Shown here piece after piece: positions 10,630 through 20,780 of a stretch of DNA of 64,000 nucleotides (positions are counted from its first letter, which is position 1; the number at the start of each line of letters is the position of its first letter). The stretch lies in assembly GCA_050011835.1 (NCBI GenBank), contig JBEKII010000001.1, positions 86,473-150,472 of the forward strand, in the 5' to 3' direction. The position numbers and the translations under genes are program-made. The stretch comes from Minisyncoccia bacterium (GTDB lineage: Bacteria > Patescibacteriota > Minisyncoccia > Phycocordibacterales > Phycocordibacteraceae). The notes below the pieces were generated by a model, which saw nothing but the letters and a program-made list of their open reading frames with translations, searched no databases and was not told the DNA's origin.

Positions 10630-11586
10630 TTATTCGCTCTTGAGCGTGAGTCCGAAGCCGGCAAGCGCCTTAGAGATTTCCTCTACCGCCTTCTCGCCGA
10701 TTCCATCAATTTCTTTGAGCGCACTCGCCGACCTTCGCGCGATACCGGCGGCACTTTTAATACCGGCATCTTCCAGAGCCGAGGTGACGCGCGCTGAAAG
10801 ACCGAGTTCGGCGATTTTAATCTTCGCGGCGCCTGCATCAGGCGCCGCATCCTTCGTTGCTTTGGCAGAGGAGGACATATCTCCGTTTATTGGCGCGCTT
10901 TCCTGGAAACCGATAACCGCCCGAAGCTGGTGAATCATTGTTTCAATTGATTTTTCCAGAGCATCGCGCGGCGTCATGGTGCCGTTAGTTTCAATAAAAA
11001 TTCGCAGGCGATTAAAGTCGGTGCGGTCGCCGACGCGCATGTTTTCAACTTCGTAATTTACACGGCGGATAGGTGTGAATGTTGCATCAAGCGCGATCAT
11101 GCCAATGTCAACTTTTTCGTTGGTCAAAACCTCACGCGGAACGTATCCGAGACCGCGCTCAATCGTCGCTTCCAATTCTAGAGACGCTTTTCCTGAAAGG
11201 TCGGCGATATGCTGTTCCGGATTTTTTATTTCCACCTGGCTCGGAAGAGTGAAATTTTTCGCCGTCACTTCGGTCGTGCCTTTAGCTGTAAGTGATATGG
11301 TTTGCGGCTCGTCACCATGGAGAACGAAGTGGACGCGCTTGAGATTCAAAAGTATTTCCATTACCGTTTCGCGCACGCCATCAATAGTGGCGAATTCATG
11401 CGGAACGCCCTCAATTTTCACTCGTGTGACGGCCGCGCCGGGAAGCGAAGAAAGGATAATGCGGCGCAGAGAATTGCCGAGCGTGTGGCCGTATCCCGGA
11501 TAGAGCGAATCAATCTCGTACACGCCTTGCATATTTTCTTCAGAAACAATGCGGGGCTTACTGGGAAGTGTGATGTGGTATTCCAT
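10630..11586 (-). CDS. rpoA: RNA polymerase subunit alpha
   Basis: GYGHTLGNSLRRIILSSLPG, HEF and LDATFTPI motifs. Confidence 0.97.
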   Translation of the reverse strand: MEYHITLPSKPRIVSEENMQGVYEIDSLYPGYGHTLGNSLRRIILSSLPGAAVTRVKIEGVPHEFATIDGVRETVMEILLNLKRVHFVLHGDEPQTISLTAKGTTEVTAKNFTLPSQVEIKNPEQHIADLSGKASLELEATIERGLGYVPREVLTNEKVDIGMIALDATFTPIRRVNYEVENMRVGDRTDFNRLRIFIETNGTMTPRDALEKSIETMIHQLRAVIGFQESAPINGDMSSSAKATKDAAPDAGAAKIKIAELGLSARVTSALEDAGIKSAAGIARRSASALKEIDGIGEKAVEEISKALAGFGLTLKSE

Positions 11587-11628
11587 AACTCAATCGTAAT
11601 TACCAATTAAATAAAACCGCGAATAATA

Positions 11629-12243
11629 TTATCTCGTATAGAACGAGAGCACCGCGACCAAGTCGCCCGCCGGGTCCGCGGAGGCCGCCGTCGGGCGTTC
11701 AATAACCGAACCCTCCATCGTTTTCGGATTCCACGAGAGCCATGATGGAAGTGGGCGCTCGTGGAAGCGCTCGGCAAATCCAACCAACACGCCATGTTCT
11801 TTTGAACCCTCGCGCACTTTAAGATGGTCGCCGACATGAAGCGTCTGTGAGGGAATACGACTTTTTTTGCCATCAACTTCTATGTGACCATGTGCGACCA
11901 TCTGACGCGCTGCGCGGCGGCTGGGAGCGAGGCCAAGCCGCCACACCACATTATCAAGTCGGAGTTCAAGAAGCTCGTGGAGATGCTCGGTCGGCCTTGC
12001 GTCGTGCGTGGCGGTAAGCGCCTTGCGCACATAATTGCGAAACTGACGCTCGGGAAGACCATACGTTATGCGGACTTTTTGTTTTTCCAACATTTGTTTT
12101 GCGTATTCGCTCTGACGACCGCGGGCGCGGCGCTTGTTTTTCGCACTGCGGTCGGCGGAAAGCGCAAACTTTTGCGTCTGCGCCTTTTCAAAAACGGATG
12201 CGCCGAGGCGTTTTGCTATTTTGTATCGCGGGCCAGTTTTCAT
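11629..12243 (-). CDS. rpsD: 30S ribosomal protein S4
   Basis: SEYAKQMLEKQK and LELRLDNVVWRLG...ARQMVAHGH. Confidence 0.97.
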   Translation of the reverse strand: MKTGPRYKIAKRLGASVFEKAQTQKFALSADRSAKNKRRARGRQSEYAKQMLEKQKVRITYGLPERQFRNYVRKALTATHDARPTEHLHELLELRLDNVVWRLGLAPSRRAARQMVAHGHIEVDGKKSRIPSQTLHVGDHLKVREGSKEHGVLVGFAERFHERPLPSWLSWNPKTMEGSVIERPTAASADPAGDLVAVLSFYTR

Positions 12244-12265
12244 GTCGTGTGCGGGGCTCGGCTCG

Positions 12266-12700
12266 TTACACTCGCCTCGGCTTGGGCGGACGCGGGCCGT
12301 TATGCGGCACTGGCGTCACGTCTTTAATTGAACGAATTTGGATGCCCTTGCCCGAAAAAGCGCGAAGTACCGACTCGCGACCGGCGCCGACACCGCAAAT
12401 AATGACCGAAACCTCTTTCAGTCCGATAAGAGCGCTTTTTTCGCCGAGAAATTCGCCGACCTTTGCCGCCGCATACGGCGTTGACTTTCGCGCACCGGAG
12501 AAACCGAGCGCTCCCGCGCTGGAGCTGACGACTGCATTCCCTTTCTCATCCGTAATAATGGCTTTCGTATTGTTGAAAGTCGCTTCAATACGAAGAACTC
12601 CCTTTTCCAAATGACGCTTGGTAACTTTTGAGAGTGCGCGTTCCTTTCTTCCGGGGTCAAGTCCTCGGCCGCTCTTTTTGATGATGCGTTTCTTTCCCAT
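12266..12700 (-). CDS. rpsK: 30S ribosomal protein S11
   Basis: ATFNNT, KSTPYAA and DVTPVPHNG motifs. Confidence 0.97.
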   Translation of the reverse strand: MGKKRIIKKSGRGLDPGRKERALSKVTKRHLEKGVLRIEATFNNTKAIITDEKGNAVVSSSAGALGFSGARKSTPYAAAKVGEFLGEKSALIGLKEVSVIICGVGAGRESVLRAFSGKGIQIRSIKDVTPVPHNGPRPPKPRRV

Positions 12701-12703
12701 AGT

Positions 12704-13084
12704 TTATGTTTTCTCAAGAGTGCGACGGCCGGACGTCATCGTTTTCCGCACATTGCCGTGGCGCGTACGCGAATTTGTTTTAGTGCGTTGGCCGCGCACC
12801 GGCAAGCCGCGCGTATGACGTTCACCGCGAGCAGAACGAATATCTTTCAATCGCTTAATATTTTGCCCGATTTCGCGGCGCAACGCGCCTTCAATCACAA
12901 AAGATTCCGTGAGCGAACGGATCTTTTGTTCCTCATCGTTTGAGAGCTCGCTTCCTTTCTTGGCCACGGAGACGTTTGCTGTTTTCAGGATTTCTCGCGC
13001 ACGAGTCGGTCCAATGCCAAAAATAAGCGGCAGTGCATACGCGAGCTGCTTGTCATCGGGAATGGTGACGCCGGCGATGCGCAT
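12704..13084 (-). CDS. rpsM: 30S ribosomal protein S13
   Basis: MRIAGV, FGIG and GLPVRGQRTKTNSRT motifs. Confidence 0.97.
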   Translation of the reverse strand: MRIAGVTIPDDKQLAYALPLIFGIGPTRAREILKTANVSVAKKGSELSNDEEQKIRSLTESFVIEGALRREIGQNIKRLKDIRSARGERHTRGLPVRGQRTKTNSRTRHGNVRKTMTSGRRTLEKT

Positions 13085-13091
13085 GCGAAAA

Positions 13092-13208
13092 TTAACCCTG
13101 ACGCGCCTTTCGGCGAGGGTTTTTCTTATTGATACGATACAAACGCCCGCCGCGACGGACGAGCTGATCTCCTTGCTGCTGTTTCTTTATGGAAGCGCGA
13201 ACTTTCAT
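13092..13208 (-). CDS. rpmJ: 50S ribosomal protein L36, zinc-free (C-) type
   Basis: Manual translation [38 protein letters not shown]; canonical position between infA and rpsM. Confidence 0.93.
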   Translation of the reverse strand: MKVRASIKKQQQGDQLVRRGGRLYRINKKNPRRKARQG

Positions 13209-13224
13209 CAATGTGTGAATTATA

Positions 13225-13464
13225 TTATGTTAATCGGCGCACAATTCTCGCCCTCCCTCCATAGGGGTCAAGCACCATATCTACCTGGTCGCCGACCAGA
13301 ACGCGAATACGGTGTAAACGCATCTTGCCTGCAAGATAGGCGAGCACCAGCTCCCCTTCTTTCTCTCCCCCATTTGCCGTAAGACGAACGCGAAAAAGCG
13401 AACTCGGCAGCACCTCTTCAACAACACCAACCGCCGTTGTTTTCGTTTCTTCTCCTTCAGTCAT
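13225..13464 (-). CDS. infA: Translation initiation factor IF-1
   Basis: [21 protein letters not shown] motif. Confidence 0.95.
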   Translation of the reverse strand: MTEGEETKTTAVGVVEEVLPSSLFRVRLTANGGEKEGELVLAYLAGKMRLHRIRVLVGDQVDMVLDPYGGRARIVRRLT

Positions 13465-13504
13465 GCAGATGCATATATCAATCTAGCAGGTGTCTGGAAA
13501 ATCG

Positions 13505-14734
13505 TCAATGCGCGGCAACCGTCACGACCGAGATGGCGGATGGGTCCTGCGGGAACGTCTGCCTCCAAAACGGTCGGAGGATGATAACGGCGCGTTTCAC
13601 TTCCGGATAATTTGTCAGTGTCACTTCGGCAGCAGACCGCGTCTCTCCCGCAACAGCCGCCGCGATGTGTACCGGGTCAACGGTATATACAAGCGAGGCC
13701 GTACCGGCAATGGTAAATGAAAATGTTGAAGCGCTTGAATCAGGAACACCGCCGCTGGCCGCGAGCAAAAGACCGTTTGCGGAAGTGAGCGTCAGTGGTT
13801 CTTCGTGGTAATTAAGACCCGTGACGGAAGAAGCGATTGCCTTGGCAAGCGCGGCATTCGGGAAAACAACCGCTGTCATCGTTCCTTGTTCCTTTACATC
13901 CACCATGCCGGTTGTTAAGGAAGGTGTTGGTGTAAGTTCTTGGTACGTTGTCGTCGCTGCGCCCGGCACCAGCACATAACCAGACGGAATTTGCGTTTGA
14001 ATACTTAAGGAAAGGTCCGAGCCGAGAGCAGCAATGAGAGCACTGACGGTCTTGGCTTCAGTCGCACTGTCTACAATCGGCACTGACCCAGAAGAGCCGC
14101 CGGTCATTGCTGTTGATGAACGCGCATATACTTTGTTTGCTTGTGGCATTCCGGCAAATCCCGGAATAATGAAAGACGTGGAGGCGACATTATACGAATC
14201 GCCCGCCTGGTCGGCAAAAACTTTCGCTGTTATACTACCGGGTTTTGAAGCAGTGCCACCCGGCACTGTTACCGCTGAATGAATGCGGAAAACGAGACCG
14301 GCGGAGGTCGCGAATCGAGTATTTGTGATAAGCCGTTGACTCTGATTTTGCGTGTTATAGATAGTAATGGTTCCGGAAGCGGAAGAATTTACTGTTTTGG
14401 TGCCGCTGCTGGTAACGCTCTGCGATGCCGTCTTTTGCGTTGCAATTATCTTGAAGGGCAAATTGCCATTGTTTTGATTCGCCGTGAATGAACTTTGAAC
14501 CGTTGCGGAAACAGTGCTCGGAGTTATTTCAATTTTAGCGCTGGAAAAATAAAAAAGCGCGCCGAGCGATACGACAATAATAAAGACAATCACACCGAGC
14601 GTTATGTACGGGAATCGAAATTGATGCGGCGGCTTCTGGACGGTTGGCCTATTGTTATTATTGTTAAGCGGCGGCGGAGTACCTGGCCCGTCCTTGCGGC
14701 GAGACGGTGGAATAATATCATCAAGTGTGTACAT
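13505..14734 (-). CDS. Membrane-anchored hypothetical protein, possibly baseplate J/gp47-like beta domain
   Basis: N-terminal TM, then ASGTITIYN...TRF...GLVFR...VTVPG...AD.AG..YN...IPGF; family recalled from Parcubacteria, not verified. Confidence 0.6.
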   Translation of the reverse strand: MYTLDDIIPPSRRKDGPGTPPPLNNNNNRPTVQKPPHQFRFPYITLGVIVFIIVVSLGALFYFSSAKIEITPSTVSATVQSSFTANQNNGNLPFKIIATQKTASQSVTSSGTKTVNSSASGTITIYNTQNQSQRLITNTRFATSAGLVFRIHSAVTVPGGTASKPGSITAKVFADQAGDSYNVASTSFIIPGFAGMPQANKVYARSSTAMTGGSSGSVPIVDSATEAKTVSALIAALGSDLSLSIQTQIPSGYVLVPGAATTTYQELTPTPSLTTGMVDVKEQGTMTAVVFPNAALAKAIASSVTGLNYHEEPLTLTSANGLLLAASGGVPDSSASTFSFTIAGTASLVYTVDPVHIAAAVAGETRSAAEVTLTNYPEVKRAVIILRPFWRQTFPQDPSAISVVTVAAH

Positions 14735-14752
14735 AAGGAGAGTATATCATCA

Positions 14753-15805
14753 CTAAGATGATTTTTCTTTCAAACCGTGGTGTTGATAGTACAGCATCAT
14801 AAAAAGCAGTTGCAAATCCGGAGGCGCGACAGCCATCTGTCGTATTGAACCGGCAATATGGCTCGCGAGGACGGGAACAACCTTTGGCGGATTGTCCGAG
14901 AGCCAAAGTTGCCCGAAATGCGTCACATCAAGCGCATGATGAAGAGAAGAAATTTCTGATTCTCGTGCAAGCAAAAAGATGGTTCGCGGCAAGGGATAAT
15001 ACTTCGCGAGTTCGGCGAATTCGCCCGCCACTTTTTCTGTCCACAAATGGTCGTTGACAGTATACGGTGTCTCAATTTTAGAAAGCATGACGAGGAGACC
15101 CTTGCGTAAAAGTGCGATAGAGGTTAACGGCCCGGCCACATCAAGAATAAGTCCTTCGCGCTCGTGAGGAAACACGATGAGCATCGCCTGATAACGCAAG
15201 GAGTTGCCGACGATGAACAAGATATGCCTCGTATGAAAAAGTCCTCGGAGAGTAGACATGATGTTTTTGGAAACATTTTTATCAATGGATGACGTCAGAA
15301 TGACCAAGGCGGCGCGATGCACTTTTTTCCCATACGGATTATGTGTTTCATAACCGTTCAAGATGGTGCCGATAATGCTCTCGTCAACGAGGAGCTTTTC
15401 CGGCGGGATAACACTTGTCTTCTCCACTACTGAAGCAACAATGCTTTTGGTAAAGACGAAGGGATTTTCTCGTTCAAAATGCTCTGTGCGCACTCTTGTT
15501 TCTTGCCACGGCGTATCAACCGAAACGAAAATAGTTTCCACACTTCCGCTACCCGTCGTACGCATAAGAACTGGCGCGCCTTCACGAATAAGTTCATTGC
15601 CGAGCATGAGAAGCGTGCGCAACATGGCCTGCTCTTCTGGTTCGTCCTTTCGGATTTCTATGGGAAAGCGTCGCATATAGAGCAAAACGGGCGTTTTCTC
15701 TTCTTCAAAGCAAGCATAGGCGCCCGCAACTGAATCCGCGGCAATATCTATAAGTATGACTGATTCAGCATGTTTCTCTTTGTGAAAGATATTCAAAAAA
15801 CCCAT
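14753..15805 (-). CDS. Hypothetical protein, possibly a divergent FtsA/PilM-like actin fold
   Basis: LIDIAADSVAG and LILDVAGPLT phosphate-loop-like segments; start placed 7 nt after TGCTAGAAT. Confidence 0.55.
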   Translation of the reverse strand: MGFLNIFHKEKHAESVILIDIAADSVAGAYACFEEEKTPVLLYMRRFPIEIRKDEPEEQAMLRTLLMLGNELIREGAPVLMRTTGSGSVETIFVSVDTPWQETRVRTEHFERENPFVFTKSIVASVVEKTSVIPPEKLLVDESIIGTILNGYETHNPYGKKVHRAALVILTSSIDKNVSKNIMSTLRGLFHTRHILFIVGNSLRYQAMLIVFPHEREGLILDVAGPLTSIALLRKGLLVMLSKIETPYTVNDHLWTEKVAGEFAELAKYYPLPRTIFLLARESEISSLHHALDVTHFGQLWLSDNPPKVVPVLASHIAGSIRQMAVAPPDLQLLFMMLYYQHHGLKEKSS

Positions 15806-15942
15806 TGATTTCATTCTAGCATCGTACAAAACAGAAATGAGTAAGCGCGTGTATAAACAAAAACCGCGTGGGTTCCGTATTGCAAACCGAAGTTCGCAAG
15901 TTAGAACCGCACGCGGCTGAAAGATCTTTTGACTAAAAACCT

Positions 15943-16824
15943 TCACTTCGCCCTGGCAGAGACGAGCTTCAACCATTTAATCGAGACGACATTGTATTCA
16001 ACGCCGCCAACGATCGCCCCGATTATTGCGCCAGCGATGGGACTTCCGAAAAAGAAGCCGACCACAACGCCGATGAAAGCAGCGATGGAGCGAATCCTCC
16101 GCTTTTTGGAATGTGCATAGATGAACATTCTGGCGATAAATTGGCCAGCCGTCTTGGCTGCCACTACCAGCGCGGCAGTGCCGATGACCACTGCCGTCGG
16201 CACAAGAGGTACGACGTACCGCAGACCCTTTAGACTGTATTTCAGGGCGTAGTAAACGACACCCACCGGATTCCCTTTAAGAAGTTGCTCGAGGCCGTCT
16301 TTTTTCATTCGCAAGAGCATCTTCTTATATTCCTCATCCGAATGTTGTTTCGGTCGGCTGGTAGCCCCCAATGCTATGACTAGAGCCATTAGAAGAAGTA
16401 CTCCCGACAACGCTGAAATCAAGACAGGAACAGTGGCAGCGCTCGACGGAGCCTCTTTTCTGATGGGCACGATTTGAGGTTCCAAAGAAGAGGGGGACAA
16501 AAAAGAAACGAGATAGAAAAGGCCAAAAAAGCCTATATACATAGTGATTCCCAACGTCACAACGCCAAGAAAGGTTGCTCCGACCGTCTTCCAGTAGAGT
16601 AGATCGGGTTTCCAGGCGATGGTGTCGCGATATGCGTGTACAATACTAGCCCACAGTTGTTTGAATTCTCCCGCGCACCAGGCGATAGCGCCCCCTAAAA
16701 ACGCGCCAGAAATCCAAAGATACCCTCCATAAGCGAGACGCAACTGAATTTCGCGAGCGCATAAGCCGCCAATAAGCGCGCCAAAAGCGCATCCCAACAT
16801 AATTGACCACGTTTCTTTTTTCAT
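15943..16824 (-). CDS. Hypothetical multi-pass membrane protein (orphan)
   Basis: Gly/Ala-rich TM segments; SD GAGGGGAGG before MKKETW. Confidence 0.7.
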   Translation of the reverse strand: MKKETWSIMLGCAFGALIGGLCAREIQLRLAYGGYLWISGAFLGGAIAWCAGEFKQLWASIVHAYRDTIAWKPDLLYWKTVGATFLGVVTLGITMYIGFFGLFYLVSFLSPSSLEPQIVPIRKEAPSSAATVPVLISALSGVLLLMALVIALGATSRPKQHSDEEYKKMLLRMKKDGLEQLLKGNPVGVVYYALKYSLKGLRYVVPLVPTAVVIGTAALVVAAKTAGQFIARMFIYAHSKKRRIRSIAAFIGVVVGFFFGSPIAGAIIGAIVGGVEYNVVSIKWLKLVSARAK

Positions 16825-16893
16825 AACCTTTCCTCCCCTCAGATTTTTATGGCTCAATGACAAAGAGCCGATTTATACTCCGGATATATCTTA

Positions 16894-18711
16894 CTACATA
16901 TCTGTTTTATTTGTCAACACCGCTTTGATGCGACGGACGCCGGCAGAAGAGGCCTCTTCTTTAAGAATTTTGAAATGCCCAAGTTCTGAAGTGTTGGAAA
17001 CATGGGGGCCTCCGCAAAATTCTATAGAAAAAGCATTTTCTCGCGGGCCGATGAAATAGACGGAAACCGCATCCGGATATTTCGTCCCGAATTCATGTTC
17101 AGCGCCGAGTTTTTCTGCTTCTTCTTTCACCATAGCTACACGCTCTATCGGCAAGGCCTTTTCAATTTGCTCATTCACTATTTTTTCCACTCTCGCGATT
17201 TGTTCAGGCGTCATTTTCTGTCCATACGAAAAGTCAATGCGCAGGCGCTCGCTGGTGATATTGCTTCCCCGCTGGTGCACATCCGGCCCAAGCACCATCT
17301 GAAGCGCTTTTAAAAGCAGGTGATGTGCCGTGTGATACCGCACTGTTTGTTCTGTGCTATCGGCAAGTCCGCCCGCGAACTTTTGCGTCGCACCCGCGCG
17401 CGAGAGCGCCTGATGTTCTTTCATCTGCTTTTGTACTGCACTGAAATCAATCGATAGTCCGCGCTCTTTCGCAATTTCCGCGGTAAGCTCTATCGGAAAT
17501 CCGTAGGTTGTGAAGAGTTGAAACACGTCTTCTGCGGTAATAGTTCCACGAGCGAATAATCTTTCTAATTGGCGTAAACCACGATCTAGTGTCTTTCGGA
17601 ATTCATTTTCTTCTTCAAGAATTATCGCCGATATGCCAGGTGATCGTTCAAAATCATAAATACCTTTATACGTTTCCATAAACGCTTGGGCTACGAGATT
17701 TAGTCGTCCTTGTTCATACTCAATCTTGTCAGCAAATCGTATCGCACGACGTAAAAGTTTGCGTAGTACATAACCGCGTTCTTTGTTTGATGGAATTACA
17801 CCGTCTCGCATTAAAAATACTGCCGCACGCATGTGGTCAAGGATGATACGGAATGAACGAGCCGTCTTTTCTTCGCCATAGGACTTCCCTGAGTATCTTT
17901 CGAGTACCGCGCGGGCCGCGTCAAATATATCAATGAGAAAAATGTCGGGATTTCCGAGCGCCGCGATAGTCAAACGTTCCAGTCCGCCGCCAAAATCAAC
18001 ATTCTTCTTCGGCAATTCGCTAAAGGTTCCGTCCGCATTCTTGATAAACTGCATAAAAACCGAGTTGCCGATTTCAACGAAACGACCGCAGTCACAGTTC
18101 GGATGACATTCTTTCCCGAACCTTTCGTCATGCGGAGTTCCGAAATCGTAGAACACCTCGGAGTCCGGCCCGCCAATTTCTCCCGAAGGCATTTTACTCG
18201 GCTCGCCCGCCCTACTCCACCAGTTCTTTGCGGCGCCATAAGAAAAAATGCGTTCATCAGGAATGCCGATTTCTTTCCAAATTTCAGTTGATTCGGTATC
18301 CGCTTCCATTCCACTTTCTGTATCGCCGGAAAAAGTCGTCACATAAATTTTTTTCAGGTCAAGTCCTAAACCCTCGTCTTTTGAAGTAAGAAACTCAAAA
18401 AACCATGGTAATTGCTCGCGCTTAAAATAATCACCGAGCGACCAATTGCCGAGCATTTCAAAAAAAGTCGTGTGACGATTATCGCCGACTTCTTCAATAT
18501 CTTCAGCTCGAAATGAAGGTTGCGAATCGGCAAGGCGAGAGCCGCTCGGATGCGGCTGGCCGAGAAGATATGGCACGAGGGGCTGCATGCCGCTACCGGT
18601 AAAAAGTGTTGTCGGGTCGTTTTCGGGTACGAGTGGCGCAGGAGGAATAATCGCGTGCCCGCGTTTTTTGAAAAATTCCAGATAACGTCCCCGCACGTCA
18701 TTGACGGTCAT
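16894..18711 (-). CDS. alaS: Alanyl-tRNA synthetase (short form without the C-Ala domain)
   Basis: DPTTLFTGSGMQ, HTTFFEMLGNWS, GLERL, HTAHHLL and CGGPHV motifs. Confidence 0.96.
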   Translation of the reverse strand: MTVNDVRGRYLEFFKKRGHAIIPPAPLVPENDPTTLFTGSGMQPLVPYLLGQPHPSGSRLADSQPSFRAEDIEEVGDNRHTTFFEMLGNWSLGDYFKREQLPWFFEFLTSKDEGLGLDLKKIYVTTFSGDTESGMEADTESTEIWKEIGIPDERIFSYGAAKNWWSRAGEPSKMPSGEIGGPDSEVFYDFGTPHDERFGKECHPNCDCGRFVEIGNSVFMQFIKNADGTFSELPKKNVDFGGGLERLTIAALGNPDIFLIDIFDAARAVLERYSGKSYGEEKTARSFRIILDHMRAAVFLMRDGVIPSNKERGYVLRKLLRRAIRFADKIEYEQGRLNLVAQAFMETYKGIYDFERSPGISAIILEEENEFRKTLDRGLRQLERLFARGTITAEDVFQLFTTYGFPIELTAEIAKERGLSIDFSAVQKQMKEHQALSRAGATQKFAGGLADSTEQTVRYHTAHHLLLKALQMVLGPDVHQRGSNITSERLRIDFSYGQKMTPEQIARVEKIVNEQIEKALPIERVAMVKEEAEKLGAEHEFGTKYPDAVSVYFIGPRENAFSIEFCGGPHVSNTSELGHFKILKEEASSAGVRRIKAVLTNKTDM

Positions 18712-18732
18712 ATGGAGAAAAGATAGCACAAT

Positions 18733-20700
18733 TTACGCGCCAATGGACTTGATGAACGCTTTATTATTTGGTTTGCGGCCTAAGAATCCACGAACAAGAT
18801 TTATTTCTTTCATGCTAGAGCCTTTTTCCAGAATCCAACGGCGATAATCGCGGCCAGTTTTCGGATTACGCACGCCTTCTTTCTCAAATCGCGTGAACAT
18901 ATCCTGGGCGTAGACCTTGGACCATAAATAACTGTAATATCCGGCATCGTAGCCGCCTGCAATGTGCCCAAAGCCGGCAATCCAGAGTTGGCGCTTTGGC
19001 GGCGCGATGCCCATAAGGTTTTTGTCTAATTTCGCATACAATGCGACCGGGTCTTTCACATTTTTTGTATGAACAATGAGGTCAAGCGACGTGAGTATTA
19101 GCTGGCTGCGCACGCTCCAGGCCTCGCCGAAGAGGCGCGCATCAATCATCCGTTTGATGAGGTCTTTCGGCATCGGGTCGCCGGTTTTGTAATGGTGAGA
19201 AAAACGCGTGAGCATTTCCGCATCCCATACCCAATTCTCAAGCATCTGTGATGGCGCTTCCACGAAATCCATCGCGACGTTGAATCCCGACTGCGCTTTG
19301 TAGCGCGCCTTGGTAAGGGTGAAGTGCATAATATGTCCGAATTCATGAAAGAATGTCTCCACTTCTCCATGGCTCATAAGCGAAGGATTCGCGGCGCTCG
19401 GCTTTGGGAAATTAGCCATCATTGCGGCGAGCGGCGCGCGATACGAATTCCCTTCATGACGCCCGAAAGTTACTTCAACCACTGCCGCATGCCCGTATTT
19501 CCCCTCGCGCGGATACAAGTCAAGAATAAATGAAGAGAGATACTCGCCTGACGCATCATAGACGTCGTATAACTGGACATCCGGATGCCAGAACTTAACG
19601 TCAAAACGCCGTTTAAAAACAACCCCAAGCAGTTTCTGGTACGCATCCAATGTTGCCTGCTTCACACGTTCAAATGGGAAATATTCCTTAACAACATCGG
19701 AATCAATATCAAATTTCTCTTTGCGGATCTGCTTAAAAAGATACGAAACATCGTGCGCGCCGAGAATGGCTTTGGAGTTGCCGGTGCGGCGGCGCTTATC
19801 GGCTTTAAGCATCACAAGGTCGCGTGCCGCTTGTTTCTTAGTGCGTTTCTGAAGGTCTTTGACCAGACGCCATACATTTTTGGCCGATTTCGCCATTCGG
19901 AGTTCGGTCTGAAAGTCCGCATGAGTTTTGTAGCCAAGTAGTCGTGCGTTCTCGGCGCGGAGGCGGAACATTTTTTTAAGGATCTCGACATTTTTCAGGC
20001 CGCCCCTGCGAACAAATTTTTCAAGGAGCTCTTTGCGTCGCTCTTCATCGTGCGCACCGGCCATATAGGGGAAAACATCCGGGTATGCGAGCGTTACTTT
20101 ATATTTTTCCCCTGTCTTTGCCAAATTGACTTTGTAGCTCTGCGGCAGTCCGTCTAACTCGGCTTCAGTGACGAGAATGTGACCTTTGTATTCATTCAGA
20201 TTCCGATTAAATTCAAGAGAAAGTCTGCCGAGTGTTTTTATATTCGCTTTAAGCTTTGCGAATTTTGTTTTTGGCAGGTCAAAACCCATCCGCGCATATC
20301 CTTTCATCATATCTTCAAGGAGTAGTTTCTCCGGGCCGTGAAGTTTTTCTTTTTTCTTCGCATATTCCTTAAGCGCCCTGTACATCCGCGGGTCAAATTC
20401 AATTTCAACCAACTGCTTCTGCATTGATTCAAGCACTTTCCCGGCCGCGATGCGCACGTTCGGGTCGGGGCTTACCTCTTTGAGAAGCCCGATGCGATTC
20501 GTTTCATCTGACATCTGGTCATCAGATGATTCAAGCGCATATACCGTATTCTCAAATGTGCGCTCGGAAGCCGGAATTGAACGTATTTTGGCATGAGATT
20601 TTTTTTCTCGGCGAATGCCAGCCGCGGCGATGCGTTCAAAATCTTTTGCACCCCATTTTACCCATAAAAAATCCCTCTTTGTATATCGCTTGCGCTTCAT
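18733..20700 (-). CDS. M3 family Zn oligopeptidase (thimet/oligopeptidase A-like)
   Basis: FFHEFGH, DFVEAPSQMLENW and GYYSYLWS motifs. Confidence 0.93.
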   Translation of the reverse strand: MKRKRYTKRDFLWVKWGAKDFERIAAAGIRREKKSHAKIRSIPASERTFENTVYALESSDDQMSDETNRIGLLKEVSPDPNVRIAAGKVLESMQKQLVEIEFDPRMYRALKEYAKKKEKLHGPEKLLLEDMMKGYARMGFDLPKTKFAKLKANIKTLGRLSLEFNRNLNEYKGHILVTEAELDGLPQSYKVNLAKTGEKYKVTLAYPDVFPYMAGAHDEERRKELLEKFVRRGGLKNVEILKKMFRLRAENARLLGYKTHADFQTELRMAKSAKNVWRLVKDLQKRTKKQAARDLVMLKADKRRRTGNSKAILGAHDVSYLFKQIRKEKFDIDSDVVKEYFPFERVKQATLDAYQKLLGVVFKRRFDVKFWHPDVQLYDVYDASGEYLSSFILDLYPREGKYGHAAVVEVTFGRHEGNSYRAPLAAMMANFPKPSAANPSLMSHGEVETFFHEFGHIMHFTLTKARYKAQSGFNVAMDFVEAPSQMLENWVWDAEMLTRFSHHYKTGDPMPKDLIKRMIDARLFGEAWSVRSQLILTSLDLIVHTKNVKDPVALYAKLDKNLMGIAPPKRQLWIAGFGHIAGGYDAGYYSYLWSKVYAQDMFTRFEKEGVRNPKTGRDYRRWILEKGSSMKEINLVRGFLGRKPNNKAFIKSIGA

Positions 20701-20780
20701 AATCCGAAAAAGAGTACCATATTAAAATAAATCACGCCCGTTGGATACTACTCCAATCCAACGGGCGCTCTAGATTGCTT

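Noticed and set aside
16908-16921. 14-bp match (tatttgtcaacacc) shared with 38390-38403
   Set aside because: It is centred on a -35 TTGACA box and is explained by promoter consensus plus chance.
16894-18711. alaS, uvrC and mnmA as truncated pseudogenes
   Set aside because: Catalytic motifs are intact and the ends are clean; compact forms fit a reduced genome.
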